DNA of 64,000 bases from Myxococcota bacterium (GCA_044344255.1 JBIJDH010000002.1:416001-480000), one strand, 5' to 3'; positions 37,142 through 46,941 are shown, counted from the stretch's first letter. The notes: generated by a model not told the origin, from the letters alone. Made by a program: numbers and translations.

Positions 37142-37321
37142 CAGTCCATCCCGTATCGTAGCAAATTATGCAACCCGTAGTCCGCGTAACATCCGCTCTT
37201 TTGGTCGTCCAGTTCAGCCACCACCACATCATCTCCCACAGTCTATTCCACCCGATTCGGCGAAAAACGCCGTGACATATTGGCGCGCTTGGCCATCCTG
37301 GTGTTCTTGCCGGCTAAACAA

Positions 37322-37729
37322 TCAGTGATCTGTCGCCCCCGACTTCGCCTGTTGCTCTTGCGGCGCCAGCCGGAGGTAGAGGTTCGCCCCGAGGAGCAGG
37401 GTCTCCACGATGTCTTCGAAGGACATGCACACCGCCCCGGCCGCCGTCGGCGACACGGTCGTGGTGGTGATGCCGGGGATGGTGTTGATCTCCAGGAACC
37501 AGGGCTCCCCGGACTCGTCGATGATGAAGTCGGCGCGGGCCACGCCGTGGAGATCGAGGGCCTTGTACGCGACCACCGCCCGCTCCTGGGCGGCCTTGGC
37601 CTCGGCGTCGGGGATGGGGGTAGGTACAATGTACTCGGTCTTGCCGGCGGTGTACTTGGCCTCGAAGTCGAAGGTGCCGATGGTTGGGTGAATGGCGACC
37701 ACAGGCAGGGCTCGGCCGTCCAGCACGGC
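37322..37729 (-). pseudogene. ddl: Truncated, decayed 3' fragment of D-alanine--D-alanine ligase
   Basis: AVLDGRALPVVAI...FDFEAKY...EYIVP...HGVARADFI...PWFLEINTIPG...MSFEDIVE. The N-terminal half is absent and the conserved PGMTxTS is altered to PGITTTT. Confidence 0.85.
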
Positions 37730-37937
37730 GGATAGGGCGCATAAACGTAGTGGAACAGTCATCGCGCTCGGCCTGCCACAGGTCCCGGCTACCCTCGCTC
37801 TCCTGGGGTGCGGCCCCCAGAAGGCGTCGTTTGCCCCGATGGTCTCGCGGCAAACCCGCCTTCCGGTCATCGCGCAGCGGCCGCGCCGCCGGGATGCCCC
37901 CCAAGACGGGGTAGCGCCCCCACGGCGCCGGCCCGCA

Positions 37938-38516
37938 TCACTCGATGAACGTGAGCGTGGCGGAAGTGCTGCGACCGAAGTACCCGCCGCTCGCCATCGT
38001 GTAGGTGGTGCCGTTCAGGACGATCGTGGCGGAGCCGTAGTTGTAGGTGCCGTTCGCGCGGAACATGTACTTCTGGCCGAAGGAGGTGGACTGGCTAAGG
38101 CTCTGCCCACGGTAGGTCCCGTCCTCAGACCCGACGGTCGCGGACACGGTCACCGGCAGGGCCGTGCCCGAGTAGTACTCGTAGAGCTCGCCGGTGCCGG
38201 AGAGGGTGCCCGTCGAGCCGGTAGCGCTCATCGAGGACGAGCTCAAGGTGCCCGAGTAGTAGGCGAAGGAGCCGGTGCAATAGTCGTAGTTGCCCACGGA
38301 CACGTACACGTCGTTGGTGGTGGTGGGCGCGCCCGTGGAGCTCGTGTGCGAGACCGACGAGAAGCCGGAGACGGTGACGTACTGACCGGTGCAGACACCG
38401 TCGGTGTCGAAGTAGGACGCGGTGACGTAATCGCCCTTCTGGGAGGACTTGGACGGCGCGGCGAAGGCCGGGGTGGCAACGGCGAAGGCGAGCAGTGCAG
38501 CGGTGGCACGAATCAT
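37938..38516 (-). CDS. Secreted Ser/Thr/Gly/Tyr-rich beta protein, hypothetical
   Basis: Signal peptide ending AFA, strongly host-like codons, two Cys, AGGA SD. Confidence 0.8.
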   Translation of the reverse strand: MIRATAALLAFAVATPAFAAPSKSSQKGDYVTASYFDTDGVCTGQYVTVSGFSSVSHTSSTGAPTTTNDVYVSVGNYDYCTGSFAYYSGTLSSSSMSATGSTGTLSGTGELYEYYSGTALPVTVSATVGSEDGTYRGQSLSQSTSFGQKYMFRANGTYNYGSATIVLNGTTYTMASGGYFGRSTSATLTFIE

Positions 38517-38873
38517 GGTCAGGTCCTGGAAGCCCAGCGGAAGGAGGGGCCACCCGTGCGTCGGGTCATCGCGTCGAGTGGCGCCCGCCTCGAGTCCCCC
38601 GAGGCCGTGCTACACAGTCATACAAAAAGATCTCGGCATCCGCGACAGAAAGTTCGACGTCAGCGCACTGCACATCGCGAAGTCACATGCTTGTATGAAG
38701 CCTGCGGCGGCGGGTGGGCCCCGGGAGGCCGCCGCGCTCCGACGCCGGCTCGCCCCTTCGCTCGTCGTCGGGCCACCTTCGAACACGCTCCCGGCGGTAG
38801 GTGAGAGGGCCGCCGTCCCATCTTGCGGAGCGGCAGCGCCATCGCCGCTCTGCTCGCCGCCAGCGCCGACTGT

Positions 38874-39773
38874 TCAGAGGATGATCTCCAGCCCTTCGCG
38901 GGCGAGCTGAATGTCCGGCTCGCCGGTGGCACCCGGCTGGTATCTGGTGGTAGCGAGCGCGGCGGCGAAGACCTGCTCCAAGGCGTCGTCACTGCGCGTG
39001 GGTTCGTGGTGGGTGCAGTACAGCCGCGGCACGCCGAGCCGGCGCGCCCAGGCAACCTGGTCCTCGAAGGTGCCGTGCCCCCAGCCGACCTTGCCGGCCT
39101 TGTACTCGGCGGCGGTGTAGGAGCTGTCGGTGACGAGCAGGTCGAGGCCGGCCAGGTGCCGGTCGAGATCGGCCTGCTGGTGCTCGACCATCTGCTGGTA
39201 CTCGGCGAACTCGGCGTCCCCGGGGGCGTAGATGTTGGCCCAGGGCTCGTGGTCGCCGGTGAAGAACATGGCCTTGCCATCGCCTTCGACGCGGTAGCCG
39301 AAGTTCGTCACCGGGTGGCTCATCATCACCGGGGTGATGGTCAGGGAGCCGATAACGACGGGCTCGCCCACGGTCAGCGTCTTGTATTCGAGCTGAGCCT
39401 TCAGCTCGGCCTCGCGGATCGGGAAGTAGCTGTACTGCATCTGCACGTCCATCACCTGCTCGATGCCGCGCCCGGTGACGATGTTGAGGGGGCCGTAGAT
39501 GCGGACAGTGTTGCCGGGGATGTAGATCGGGGTGAAGAAGGGCAGCCCCTGGATGTGGTCCCAGTGGGTATGGGTGATGAAGATGTTGGCCTTCACCGGC
39601 AGTTCGCGCAGCAGATGCTGGGCGAGCGGGAAGATTCCGGTGCCGGCGTCGAGGATGACCAGGGTGCCGTCGTCACCACGCACCTCGATGCAGGTGGTGT
39701 TGCCGCCGTAACGCTGGGTGTGGGGGCCGGGTGAGGCAATCGAGCCGCGCACGCCCCAGAAGCGGACTTTCAT
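38874..39773 (-). CDS. MBL-fold metallo-hydrolase (phosphodiesterase / RNase Z-like subgroup)
   Basis: FWGVRGSIA, YGGNTTC, DAGTG, THTHWDHIQG, HP...GYR, TGDHE, GWGH, HHEP. Confidence 0.92.
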   Translation of the reverse strand: MKVRFWGVRGSIASPGPHTQRYGGNTTCIEVRGDDGTLVILDAGTGIFPLAQHLLRELPVKANIFITHTHWDHIQGLPFFTPIYIPGNTVRIYGPLNIVTGRGIEQVMDVQMQYSYFPIREAELKAQLEYKTLTVGEPVVIGSLTITPVMMSHPVTNFGYRVEGDGKAMFFTGDHEPWANIYAPGDAEFAEYQQMVEHQQADLDRHLAGLDLLVTDSSYTAAEYKAGKVGWGHGTFEDQVAWARRLGVPRLYCTHHEPTRSDDALEQVFAAALATTRYQPGATGEPDIQLAREGLEIIL

Positions 39774-39780
39774 CGGCTCC

Positions 39781-40650
39781 TCATCGTTCGCTGCTCACCT
39801 GGGCGAATGTCTGCGCGTCGTCGATGAAGCGCTGCAGGTCGCCCAGCGAGGTGATGGTGGCGGCGAGATCGCCGCCGAAGCGGTGCGGCGCCGCGGGCGC
39901 CTCGCCTTCGCGCCACGGGTTGCCGCTGTCGCCGATGGCGAGCTTACGCGCGACCTGGTTGGCGACGCGCAGACAGTCCATCAGCGCCGAGGGCTTGGCG
40001 GCGGGATTGTGGTGGTCGCGGATGCAGTCGATCATGGTGTCGGGGAACTGCCAGCGGCGCGCGAGCATGGCGCCTACGAGCGCGTGGTCGGCGCCGATGG
40101 CGGCACGCTCGGCCTCGTGCAGCGGGATGTTCTCCCGGTGGCTGCGCGCCATGGCGTCGCGGAATTCGTCGGGCATGAACTGAGCGAACACGGCCTTGCC
40201 GAAGTCGTGGAGCAGGCCGGCAATGTAGGCGTCACCGGGATCCACCTCGCCTTTGGCGCCCTGGATCGCGAGCTGACGGGCGATGGAGGCGACGATCAGC
40301 GAGTGCAGCAGGTAACGCTGGATGTCAAAGCCGGCGGTGTTCATGCGCGGCAGGATGCCGACCGCGGCGAAGCCCAGCGCGAGGTTCTTGACGGTGTTGA
40401 TCCCGAGGTAGACCACCGACTGGCCAACCGAGGTGATCTTGTGCGGCAACCCATAGTAGGCCGAGTTGATGACCTTGAGGATCTTGACCGTCATCACCGG
40501 GTCTTTCTCGACGACGCCGACGAGGTCCCGGGGCATACAGTTGATGTTCCGCGTCAACTCAAGGATCTTCTGCACGCTCTTGGGGAAGGCGGGCATTCGT
40601 TCGACAGCGATGCCGAGCTCACGTTCGAGTTCGGAGGGTAATGCGGTCAC
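39781..40650 (-). CDS. HDOD domain signalling protein
   Basis: MPAFP, DPVMTVKILKVINSAYY, HSL, AGLLHDFGK, DHALVGAMLARRWQFP, IRDHH. Confidence 0.92.
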   Translation of the reverse strand: MTALPSELERELGIAVERMPAFPKSVQKILELTRNINCMPRDLVGVVEKDPVMTVKILKVINSAYYGLPHKITSVGQSVVYLGINTVKNLALGFAAVGILPRMNTAGFDIQRYLLHSLIVASIARQLAIQGAKGEVDPGDAYIAGLLHDFGKAVFAQFMPDEFRDAMARSHRENIPLHEAERAAIGADHALVGAMLARRWQFPDTMIDCIRDHHNPAAKPSALMDCLRVANQVARKLAIGDSGNPWREGEAPAAPHRFGGDLAATITSLGDLQRFIDDAQTFAQVSSER

Positions 40651-40886
40651 GGTGGGGGCTCCGGATCGCTGGTCGGGCGATTATGGAGGGGACTGAGCAC
40701 ATGAACGGCGGGGAGCGATCATGGCGGCCAGCCTACCACAGCGCGCCCCCCCCTTCGCTCTCCCAGGCACGGCCGCGAGGGGGCATCTTTTGCCCCGATC
40801 TCGGGTGCCGACGTGTCGTGCGCGTCTCCGGCCGGATGTCACGGAGGCCAAACAATGACCCCCTTGACCGTGGAGGGCCGCGCCGC

Positions 40887-42032
40887 TCAGGGGCTCGTGG
40901 CGGCGGCCCCGGCGGGCGGCGCGTCGGTCGCGGGCGCCCCTGCCTCGGCGGGCGGGGCCTCGACCACCGGCGGGGGGCCGACGATGAGGGTGGCGGTGAG
41001 CGGCAGGTGGTCAGACAGGTCGTCGCGCGGGCGGAGCACCTGCGCGGAGACGACGGTCACCGGGCCACCGTAGAAGATGTAGTCGATCTTGCGGTCGGGG
41101 TCTTTGATGCCGAAGGGGTAGTAGGTGCGGTTCGCGGCGGCGAGCTGCTGGTCTGCGAAGACCTCCTTGTACTTGGCGAAGGCGTCCTCGAGCGGGTTCC
41201 GGGCGTCGGAGTAGGCGTCGCCCTCCTTTTCGAGGCGCGAGGCGTCGTCGCCCGGGGGGAGGATGTTGAAGTCGCCGGCGAGGATCCAGGGCTGGTCGGG
41301 CGGGCGGGTGGCCATCCAGGACTCGAGCGCCTTGACCTGCTTCTCGAGCGTGCCGTCGCCCTTGGAGAAGGCCGAGAGGTGTGTCACGGCGAGGGCGAGG
41401 GGCTGGCTCCAGCCCTCCACGGGCACCTCGGCCGTGAGCAGGGCCCGCTTGAGGTTGAACACCTGTCGATAGCGGGGCTCGTTGAGCAGGGCGAGCTGGG
41501 TGCGCTCGGCGGCCTGCATCGGCGCCCGACTGAGCAAGGCGACGTTCATGTCGACCTTGCCGAGCGGCCGCGACGGCGGCGTGGGGACGAAGGGCGAGCG
41601 GTGGTAGGTGGCGCTCGCGCTGCAGGTGGCGCCGGCCGCCTCGGCGAAGATCGGCAGCTCGTCGAGCTCATGGGTGCGGGAGGAGCCGCGGTCGACCTCC
41701 TGGAGGAGGTTGATGGGGGCGTCGACCTCGCGGATCACGGCGGCCATACCCTCCACCGCGGCCTTGAGGTCAGCCTCCTCGACGAAGACGCGGTCCCCGT
41801 CATCGTAGAAGAAGTGGTAGGTGCGCGGCGCCCCGTACTGGAGGTTCCAGGACAGGATCTTGAAGGGCTGGCCGGCGACGAGCGGCGTCGGCTTGCCGGT
41901 GCAGGCCACCGTGACCGCCTCCAGCGGCGCGGGCTTGTGCTCGGTGGCGAACGCCCAGGCCACGATGCCGATGGCGAGGAGGAGGGCGAGGCCGATGAGG
42001 GCGCCGAGGATGCGGAGTGCTCGTTTTTGCAT
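40887..42032 (-). CDS. Endonuclease/exonuclease/phosphatase family protein, membrane-anchored
   Basis: N-terminal TM; LSWNLQY, LQEVD, THL, AGDFN, IDYIF, SDHLP. Confidence 0.9.
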   Translation of the reverse strand: MQKRALRILGALIGLALLLAIGIVAWAFATEHKPAPLEAVTVACTGKPTPLVAGQPFKILSWNLQYGAPRTYHFFYDDGDRVFVEEADLKAAVEGMAAVIREVDAPINLLQEVDRGSSRTHELDELPIFAEAAGATCSASATYHRSPFVPTPPSRPLGKVDMNVALLSRAPMQAAERTQLALLNEPRYRQVFNLKRALLTAEVPVEGWSQPLALAVTHLSAFSKGDGTLEKQVKALESWMATRPPDQPWILAGDFNILPPGDDASRLEKEGDAYSDARNPLEDAFAKYKEVFADQQLAAANRTYYPFGIKDPDRKIDYIFYGGPVTVVSAQVLRPRDDLSDHLPLTATLIVGPPPVVEAPPAEAGAPATDAPPAGAAATSP

Positions 42033-42049
42033 CCGCCCATCCTACCGGA

Positions 42050-43060
42050 TCAGCTCACCCGATTGGGGCGGTCTCCCCACCGGTTGTGGTAGCGCTCCCA
42101 CATGTCCTGCACCTTGTACCGGTCCTCCGAGGCCATCCGCTCGATGCCCTCGCGGGGGTGAAGGTTGAAGTAGCCGGTGATCGCGTAGGGCAAGTGGTAG
42201 CCCCAGCGCAGCTCATCGCGCATGTGCACGAAGGTCTCGACAAGCTCGAGCACGGGCGCGGGGTCATACTTCGGGTTGTCGAGGTAGAAGAGCAGCAGCT
42301 CGAGCGGACAGTTCCCGGCGCCGCGGCCCATGCCGTGGATGGTGGCGTCGGCGAAGTCGACGCCCTCGTCGATGGCGGCGATTGTGTTGGCGAAGGCCTG
42401 CTGCTGGTTGTTGTGGAAGTGCACGCCCACCTTGATGGCGTCGCCCAGGTAGTTCATGTACTTGTGGACGAGGTAGCGCACGTGGTGCGGGAACAGGGAG
42501 CCGAAGCTGTCGACGATCGCCACGTTGTGGACGCCCGACGCCCGGAGCTTGAGGAGGAACTTGTCCACCTCGTCCGGGGAGAGCGTCGAGACGGCCATCA
42601 CGTTCATGAAGGTCTCGTAGCCAGACTCGAGCGCGTGATCGAGCAGCTTCAAGGCCTCGTCCATCTGGTGGGCGTAGGTCGCGATCCGCAGCGTGTTGAT
42701 GACCGTGTCGCGGGTGTGGGGGATCTCGCTCGGGGTGACCCGGCCCACGTCCACCATGGTCGAGATCTTCATGCGCCCCGGCTCGACGACCTTCGCGAGG
42801 TCTTCCTCGTCGCAGAAGCGCCAAGGGCCGTTCGTGGTGCGGCTGTCCTTGCCGTCGCCGGTGACCTTGTAGCCGACCTCCATGTAGTCGATGCCGGCGG
42901 CGCTGAGCGAACGGAACACGCGGCCGACGAGCTCGTGGCTGAACTGCCAATCGTTACACAGACCGCCGTCGCGGATGGTGCAGTCCAGCACCTTGATCCG
43001 GCGCCGGCGATCGGTCACGAGGCCATCGGGACAACACTTCACACGATAGTCGAGACCCAT
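42050..43060 (-). CDS. DRE-TIM metallolyase, 4-hydroxy-2-oxovalerate aldolase-like
   Basis: LDCTIRDGG, VDSFGS, HFHNN, GMGRGAGNCPLE. Confidence 0.88.
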   Translation of the reverse strand: MGLDYRVKCCPDGLVTDRRRRIKVLDCTIRDGGLCNDWQFSHELVGRVFRSLSAAGIDYMEVGYKVTGDGKDSRTTNGPWRFCDEEDLAKVVEPGRMKISTMVDVGRVTPSEIPHTRDTVINTLRIATYAHQMDEALKLLDHALESGYETFMNVMAVSTLSPDEVDKFLLKLRASGVHNVAIVDSFGSLFPHHVRYLVHKYMNYLGDAIKVGVHFHNNQQQAFANTIAAIDEGVDFADATIHGMGRGAGNCPLELLLFYLDNPKYDPAPVLELVETFVHMRDELRWGYHLPYAITGYFNLHPREGIERMASEDRYKVQDMWERYHNRWGDRPNRVS

Positions 43061-43114
43061 GGGGATCCTCACTGGGCCCCGGGGGCCCGCACGGAAGGGG
43101 TCAGGTCTACCCGG

Positions 43115-43132
43115 TTTCACCGCGAGGTGAAA
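43115..43132. promoter_or_regulatory. Palindrome TTTCACC-N4-GGTGAAA upstream of the aldolase (candidate operator or hairpin)
   Basis: Perfect 7-bp AT-containing inverted repeat, 55 bp upstream of the ATG at 43060. Confidence 0.4.
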
Positions 43133-43181
43133 TTCGGCGACAGGGAATTCACAGGACCCGGGTCGATGACCGAGGGTCGAC

Positions 43182-44378
43182 TCAGGGGGTGAAGCGGCGG
43201 GCGCCGAGCTCGGTCACGAAGGGGTGGCTCCCCTCGAGGATCACGGTGGCGAGCGCCTCTCCGGCCAGCCAGGCGAAGCCGAAGCCGTGGCCGGTAAAGC
43301 CCGCGCCCGCCACAGCGCCCGGGGAGCCCGGCACTGGGCCGAGGATGGGCAGGCCGTCCCGCGAGAAGCCCATGATGCCCGACCAGCGGTGCGTGATCGG
43401 CACCTCGGCGAGGGCGGGGAAGCGGCGGATGAAGGCCTCCATCCGGGCCTGGATCTCGGGGTGGAGGTGGTCGTCGAAGCCCACCTCGCTGCCGGGATCG
43501 AGGTTGCGCCAGCCACCCAGCACGACGCAGCCCCGCTCGTCCTGGCGCCAATAGTCGAAGCCGTGATCGGCGTAGATGGGGGTGTCGAAGAGGCGCGGCG
43601 CGGGCCCCGTGGCGAGCATCTGCCCGCGGACGGGATCGACCTTGTCGGCGAACCAGGGGAGGAGCTGGCCGACCCGGGCGTTGACGGCCACCACCACGGC
43701 CTGGGCCGACACCCGACCCCCCGCTGTGGTGACAGTGACCGCGCCGCCGGTGGAGGCGTCGAGCGAGAGCACCGGGCACTGCTCGTAGAGCCGCGCTCCC
43801 GCGCGCCGCGCCGACACCGCCGCCGCCCGGACGAAGCGCACCGGATCGAGCTCGCCGTCCCGGGGCAGGCGGACGCCCGTGCGGAAGCCCGCCTCGCGGA
43901 AGACGGCGGGCAGGGCCTCGCCCTCCACGAGCTCGGCCTCGAAGCCGTCCGCCTGGAGCAAGGCGGCGGAGGTGGCGAGCTCGGCCTCCTCGCCCTCGGA
44001 GCTCGCGAGCTGGAGGCTGCCGCCGCGACGATACCCACACGCGATGCCCTCCTCGTCGATGACGGCGGCGATGCGGTCGTGGTTCTGGAGGGACCAGGCG
44101 TGGATGCGTCGACAGCGATCGTGGCCGAGCATCTCGATCGCCCGGCTGTACCGTTCGGCCGTGCCCTGGAGGATGAAGCCGGCGTTTCGACCGGTGGCCG
44201 CCGAGGCGACCCGTCCCGCCTCGAGCAGCACCACATCGACGCCTTGGTGGGCGAGCGCGCGGGCGGCCGCCACACCGCAGAGCCCGGCCCCGACCACGAC
44301 CACGTCGGCGGTGACGTCGCCCTGGAGCGGGCCAGCGAGGGGGTGGGCGGGATCGAGCCAATAGGAGGTTGTGGTCAT
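43182..44378 (-). CDS. FAD-dependent oxidoreductase, DAO/PuuB-like
   Basis: SYW, VVGAGLCG, ATGRNAGF, RWSGIMGFSRDGLP, GFTGHG. Confidence 0.9.
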   Translation of the reverse strand: MTTTSYWLDPAHPLAGPLQGDVTADVVVVGAGLCGVAAARALAHQGVDVVLLEAGRVASAATGRNAGFILQGTAERYSRAIEMLGHDRCRRIHAWSLQNHDRIAAVIDEEGIACGYRRGGSLQLASSEGEEAELATSAALLQADGFEAELVEGEALPAVFREAGFRTGVRLPRDGELDPVRFVRAAAVSARRAGARLYEQCPVLSLDASTGGAVTVTTAGGRVSAQAVVVAVNARVGQLLPWFADKVDPVRGQMLATGPAPRLFDTPIYADHGFDYWRQDERGCVVLGGWRNLDPGSEVGFDDHLHPEIQARMEAFIRRFPALAEVPITHRWSGIMGFSRDGLPILGPVPGSPGAVAGAGFTGHGFGFAWLAGEALATVILEGSHPFVTELGARRFTP

Positions 44379-44517
44379 CAGCGAAGGCTCTGCGTGAAGG
44401 GCGAGAGGGCAGGCGCCGGCGAGGCAGGGTGGGGCCTCGCCGGTTTGGGGGCCCGCCGGGGGTCGGGCCCTGCTACCCTGCCCGGCCCGCCGCCGCCGTG
44501 ATCACACCCCTCGGCCG

Positions 44518-45246
44518 ATGGAGCCTCGCTTGAACCCCGCCCCGCCCCGCCCGCCGCCCTCGGCCTCCCGCGGCCGCCGCCGCTTTGAGGCCATCCTCCT
44601 CGATCTCGACGGCACCCTGATCGACAGCGCCCCCGATCTCCGCACCCACCTCAACGCGGCGCTCGCGGACTGGGGGCGCCCGGGCGTCACCACGGCGGCC
44701 GTGCGGAGGATGATCGGGGACGGCGCGCGGATCCTCGTGGACCGAGCGTTTCGAGCCACCGGCCCCGCCCTCCCGCAGGACGAGCTGGACCGCGCCGTCG
44801 CGCGCTTCGTCGAGCTGGAAGAGACCGACGTCCTCAACGAGACCACCGTGCTCCCGGGCGTGGTCGAGGGCCTGGAGCGGCTGTCCGCCGAGGGGCGGGG
44901 CCTCGCCCTCTGCACCAACAAGCCGATCCGGGTGACCCGTCGTTTGCTCGACACCCTCGGCCTCCAACGCTGGATCCCCCATGCCGTCGGCGGTGACTCC
45001 CTGCCCACCCGGAAGCCCGCGCCGGAGATGCTGTACTACGCCCTCTCGCTGCTCGACCTGCCCCGCGAGCGGGCGCTGATGGTCGGCGACTCCATCAACG
45101 ACCTCGAGGCCGGGCGGAACGCCGGGGTGCCGGTGGTGCTGCTCGAGGGCGGCTACTCCGAGCGCCCGGTGTCCGAGCTCGGCGCCGACGCCGTCCTGCC
45201 CTCGTTCACGGGCCTCCCGGGCTGGATTGCGGCGGCCGACGGCTGA
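44518..45246 (+). CDS. gph: HAD hydrolase, phosphoglycolate phosphatase-like
   Basis: DLDGTLIDSAPDL, IGDGA, CTNKP, GGDSLPTRKPAP, MVGDSINDLEA. Confidence 0.85.
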   Translation: MEPRLNPAPPRPPPSASRGRRRFEAILLDLDGTLIDSAPDLRTHLNAALADWGRPGVTTAAVRRMIGDGARILVDRAFRATGPALPQDELDRAVARFVELEETDVLNETTVLPGVVEGLERLSAEGRGLALCTNKPIRVTRRLLDTLGLQRWIPHAVGGDSLPTRKPAPEMLYYALSLLDLPRERALMVGDSINDLEAGRNAGVPVVLLEGGYSERPVSELGADAVLPSFTGLPGWIAAADG

Positions 45247-45274
45247 GCGCTGTGCGCTGTGCGCTGTGCGCGAC

Positions 45275-46168
45275 CTACTTCGCCGCGCCGCTGGCGCCGG
45301 CCTCGAGCACGGGGTCGGTGACGGTGGGCGCGGCGGGGAGGCCCGGGGGGCCGATGATGGCGGAGCCTGCGTTGGCGGGGGCTGACGCTGCCGGCCAGAA
45401 GTTGGCCTTGGGGATCACCGGCACGAGCTGCTCGTGGTGCTGGGGCAGGAGGCTCCAGTGGAGCTCGGGCTTGATGTGGTGGCTCACGTGGTAGCCGATG
45501 TTGAAGCCGAGCAGGCCGTAGGGGAGGCCGAAGAAGACCATCGAGGAGTCGTTCGGGTTGGTGAAGGCGCAGCCGTGATGGTGCCGGTAGTTGGTGAAGC
45601 CGAGGCCGAAATACAGGATAATCCAGGTCGAGAAGAAGAAGACCAGGAAGCCCATCGGGTTGATCGCGATCAAGCCCGCGGACATCAGCGCCACCATCAA
45701 GACCGAGCGCACGAAGCGCTGGGAGGTGCGGCTCCCCGGGTTCCGGGCGATCTCGATCAGGCTGTAGCTGATGGTGAGCAGCGGGAACGTGAAGATGTAG
45801 TAGGCGCGGCCCACCGGCTTGTCTGGAAAATGGGTTCCAGCGAAGCCGAACATGCTTGAGCAGTCGCCCGGCCCGTTGTTGAAGCGGTGGTGGTTCTTGA
45901 CATGATGGAGCTCGTAGAACTCGAGGGGCACCCCGTTCGAGAGCCAACACAGCCAGCCGAGCGCGTCATTGAGGAGGCGGGAGTTGAAGATCCGCAGGTG
46001 AGCGTGGTTGTGCTCGACGAGGTTCACCTGCCGCGCCAGGAGGACGATGGGGATCAGGGTCCAGGCCGACCAATGGAAGTACAGCGCCGCGAACTGCACG
46101 CCGAGGGTGGCAAAGACTTGGATGACGGAGAACGCGTCCACCGGATACCGCATGATCTTCGAGCTCAT
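45275..46168 (-). CDS. Membrane fatty-acid desaturase family protein
   Basis: His boxes EHNHAH, HHVKNHH and GYHVSHH, plus NYRHH; TM segments. GAAG/GGAG upstream of MSSK. Confidence 0.88.
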   Translation of the reverse strand: MSSKIMRYPVDAFSVIQVFATLGVQFAALYFHWSAWTLIPIVLLARQVNLVEHNHAHLRIFNSRLLNDALGWLCWLSNGVPLEFYELHHVKNHHRFNNGPGDCSSMFGFAGTHFPDKPVGRAYYIFTFPLLTISYSLIEIARNPGSRTSQRFVRSVLMVALMSAGLIAINPMGFLVFFFSTWIILYFGLGFTNYRHHHGCAFTNPNDSSMVFFGLPYGLLGFNIGYHVSHHIKPELHWSLLPQHHEQLVPVIPKANFWPAASAPANAGSAIIGPPGLPAAPTVTDPVLEAGASGAAK

Positions 46169-46464
46169 GTCTTCAGTACGCTCCGGGAGCCCGGGCGGCT
46201 CCGTGGTCAATCGGCTTCTGAGGCTTGGGCCCGCGTGGGTCGGCACGCGGTGAGGCCCGGACGAATCTGCGAGGTGTGGGCGGTGGGCAACAAGTCACCG
46301 ACGCCCATCCCCCTGACCCAACGGTCAGCGGCCCGGGCGTCCCTGCACCCTCTACTCCCTTGTACCACGGGAGATGGGGCTGACGGCACAGGGCTGATCT
46401 GGCGCAGGCCGGAGGTGAATTCGCGGAGCGCCGTCCCATGCCCCAGGCACCTCCGGGCTCCGGT

Positions 46465-46941
<477 letters not shown>

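Noticed and set aside
37322..37870. 182-aa ORF as a complete short Ddl
   Set aside because: The first ~47 codons are non-homologous, and the ATP-grasp N-terminal and central domains are missing.
37849..37920. GGCAAACC as a possible c-di-GMP-I (GEMM) riboswitch
   Set aside because: No GAAA tetraloop or GACGCAAAG segment, and it faces no downstream plus-strand gene.
45247..45271. (GCGCTGT)3.5 between convergent genes
   Set aside because: Short microsatellite downstream of both stops with no plausible functional context.
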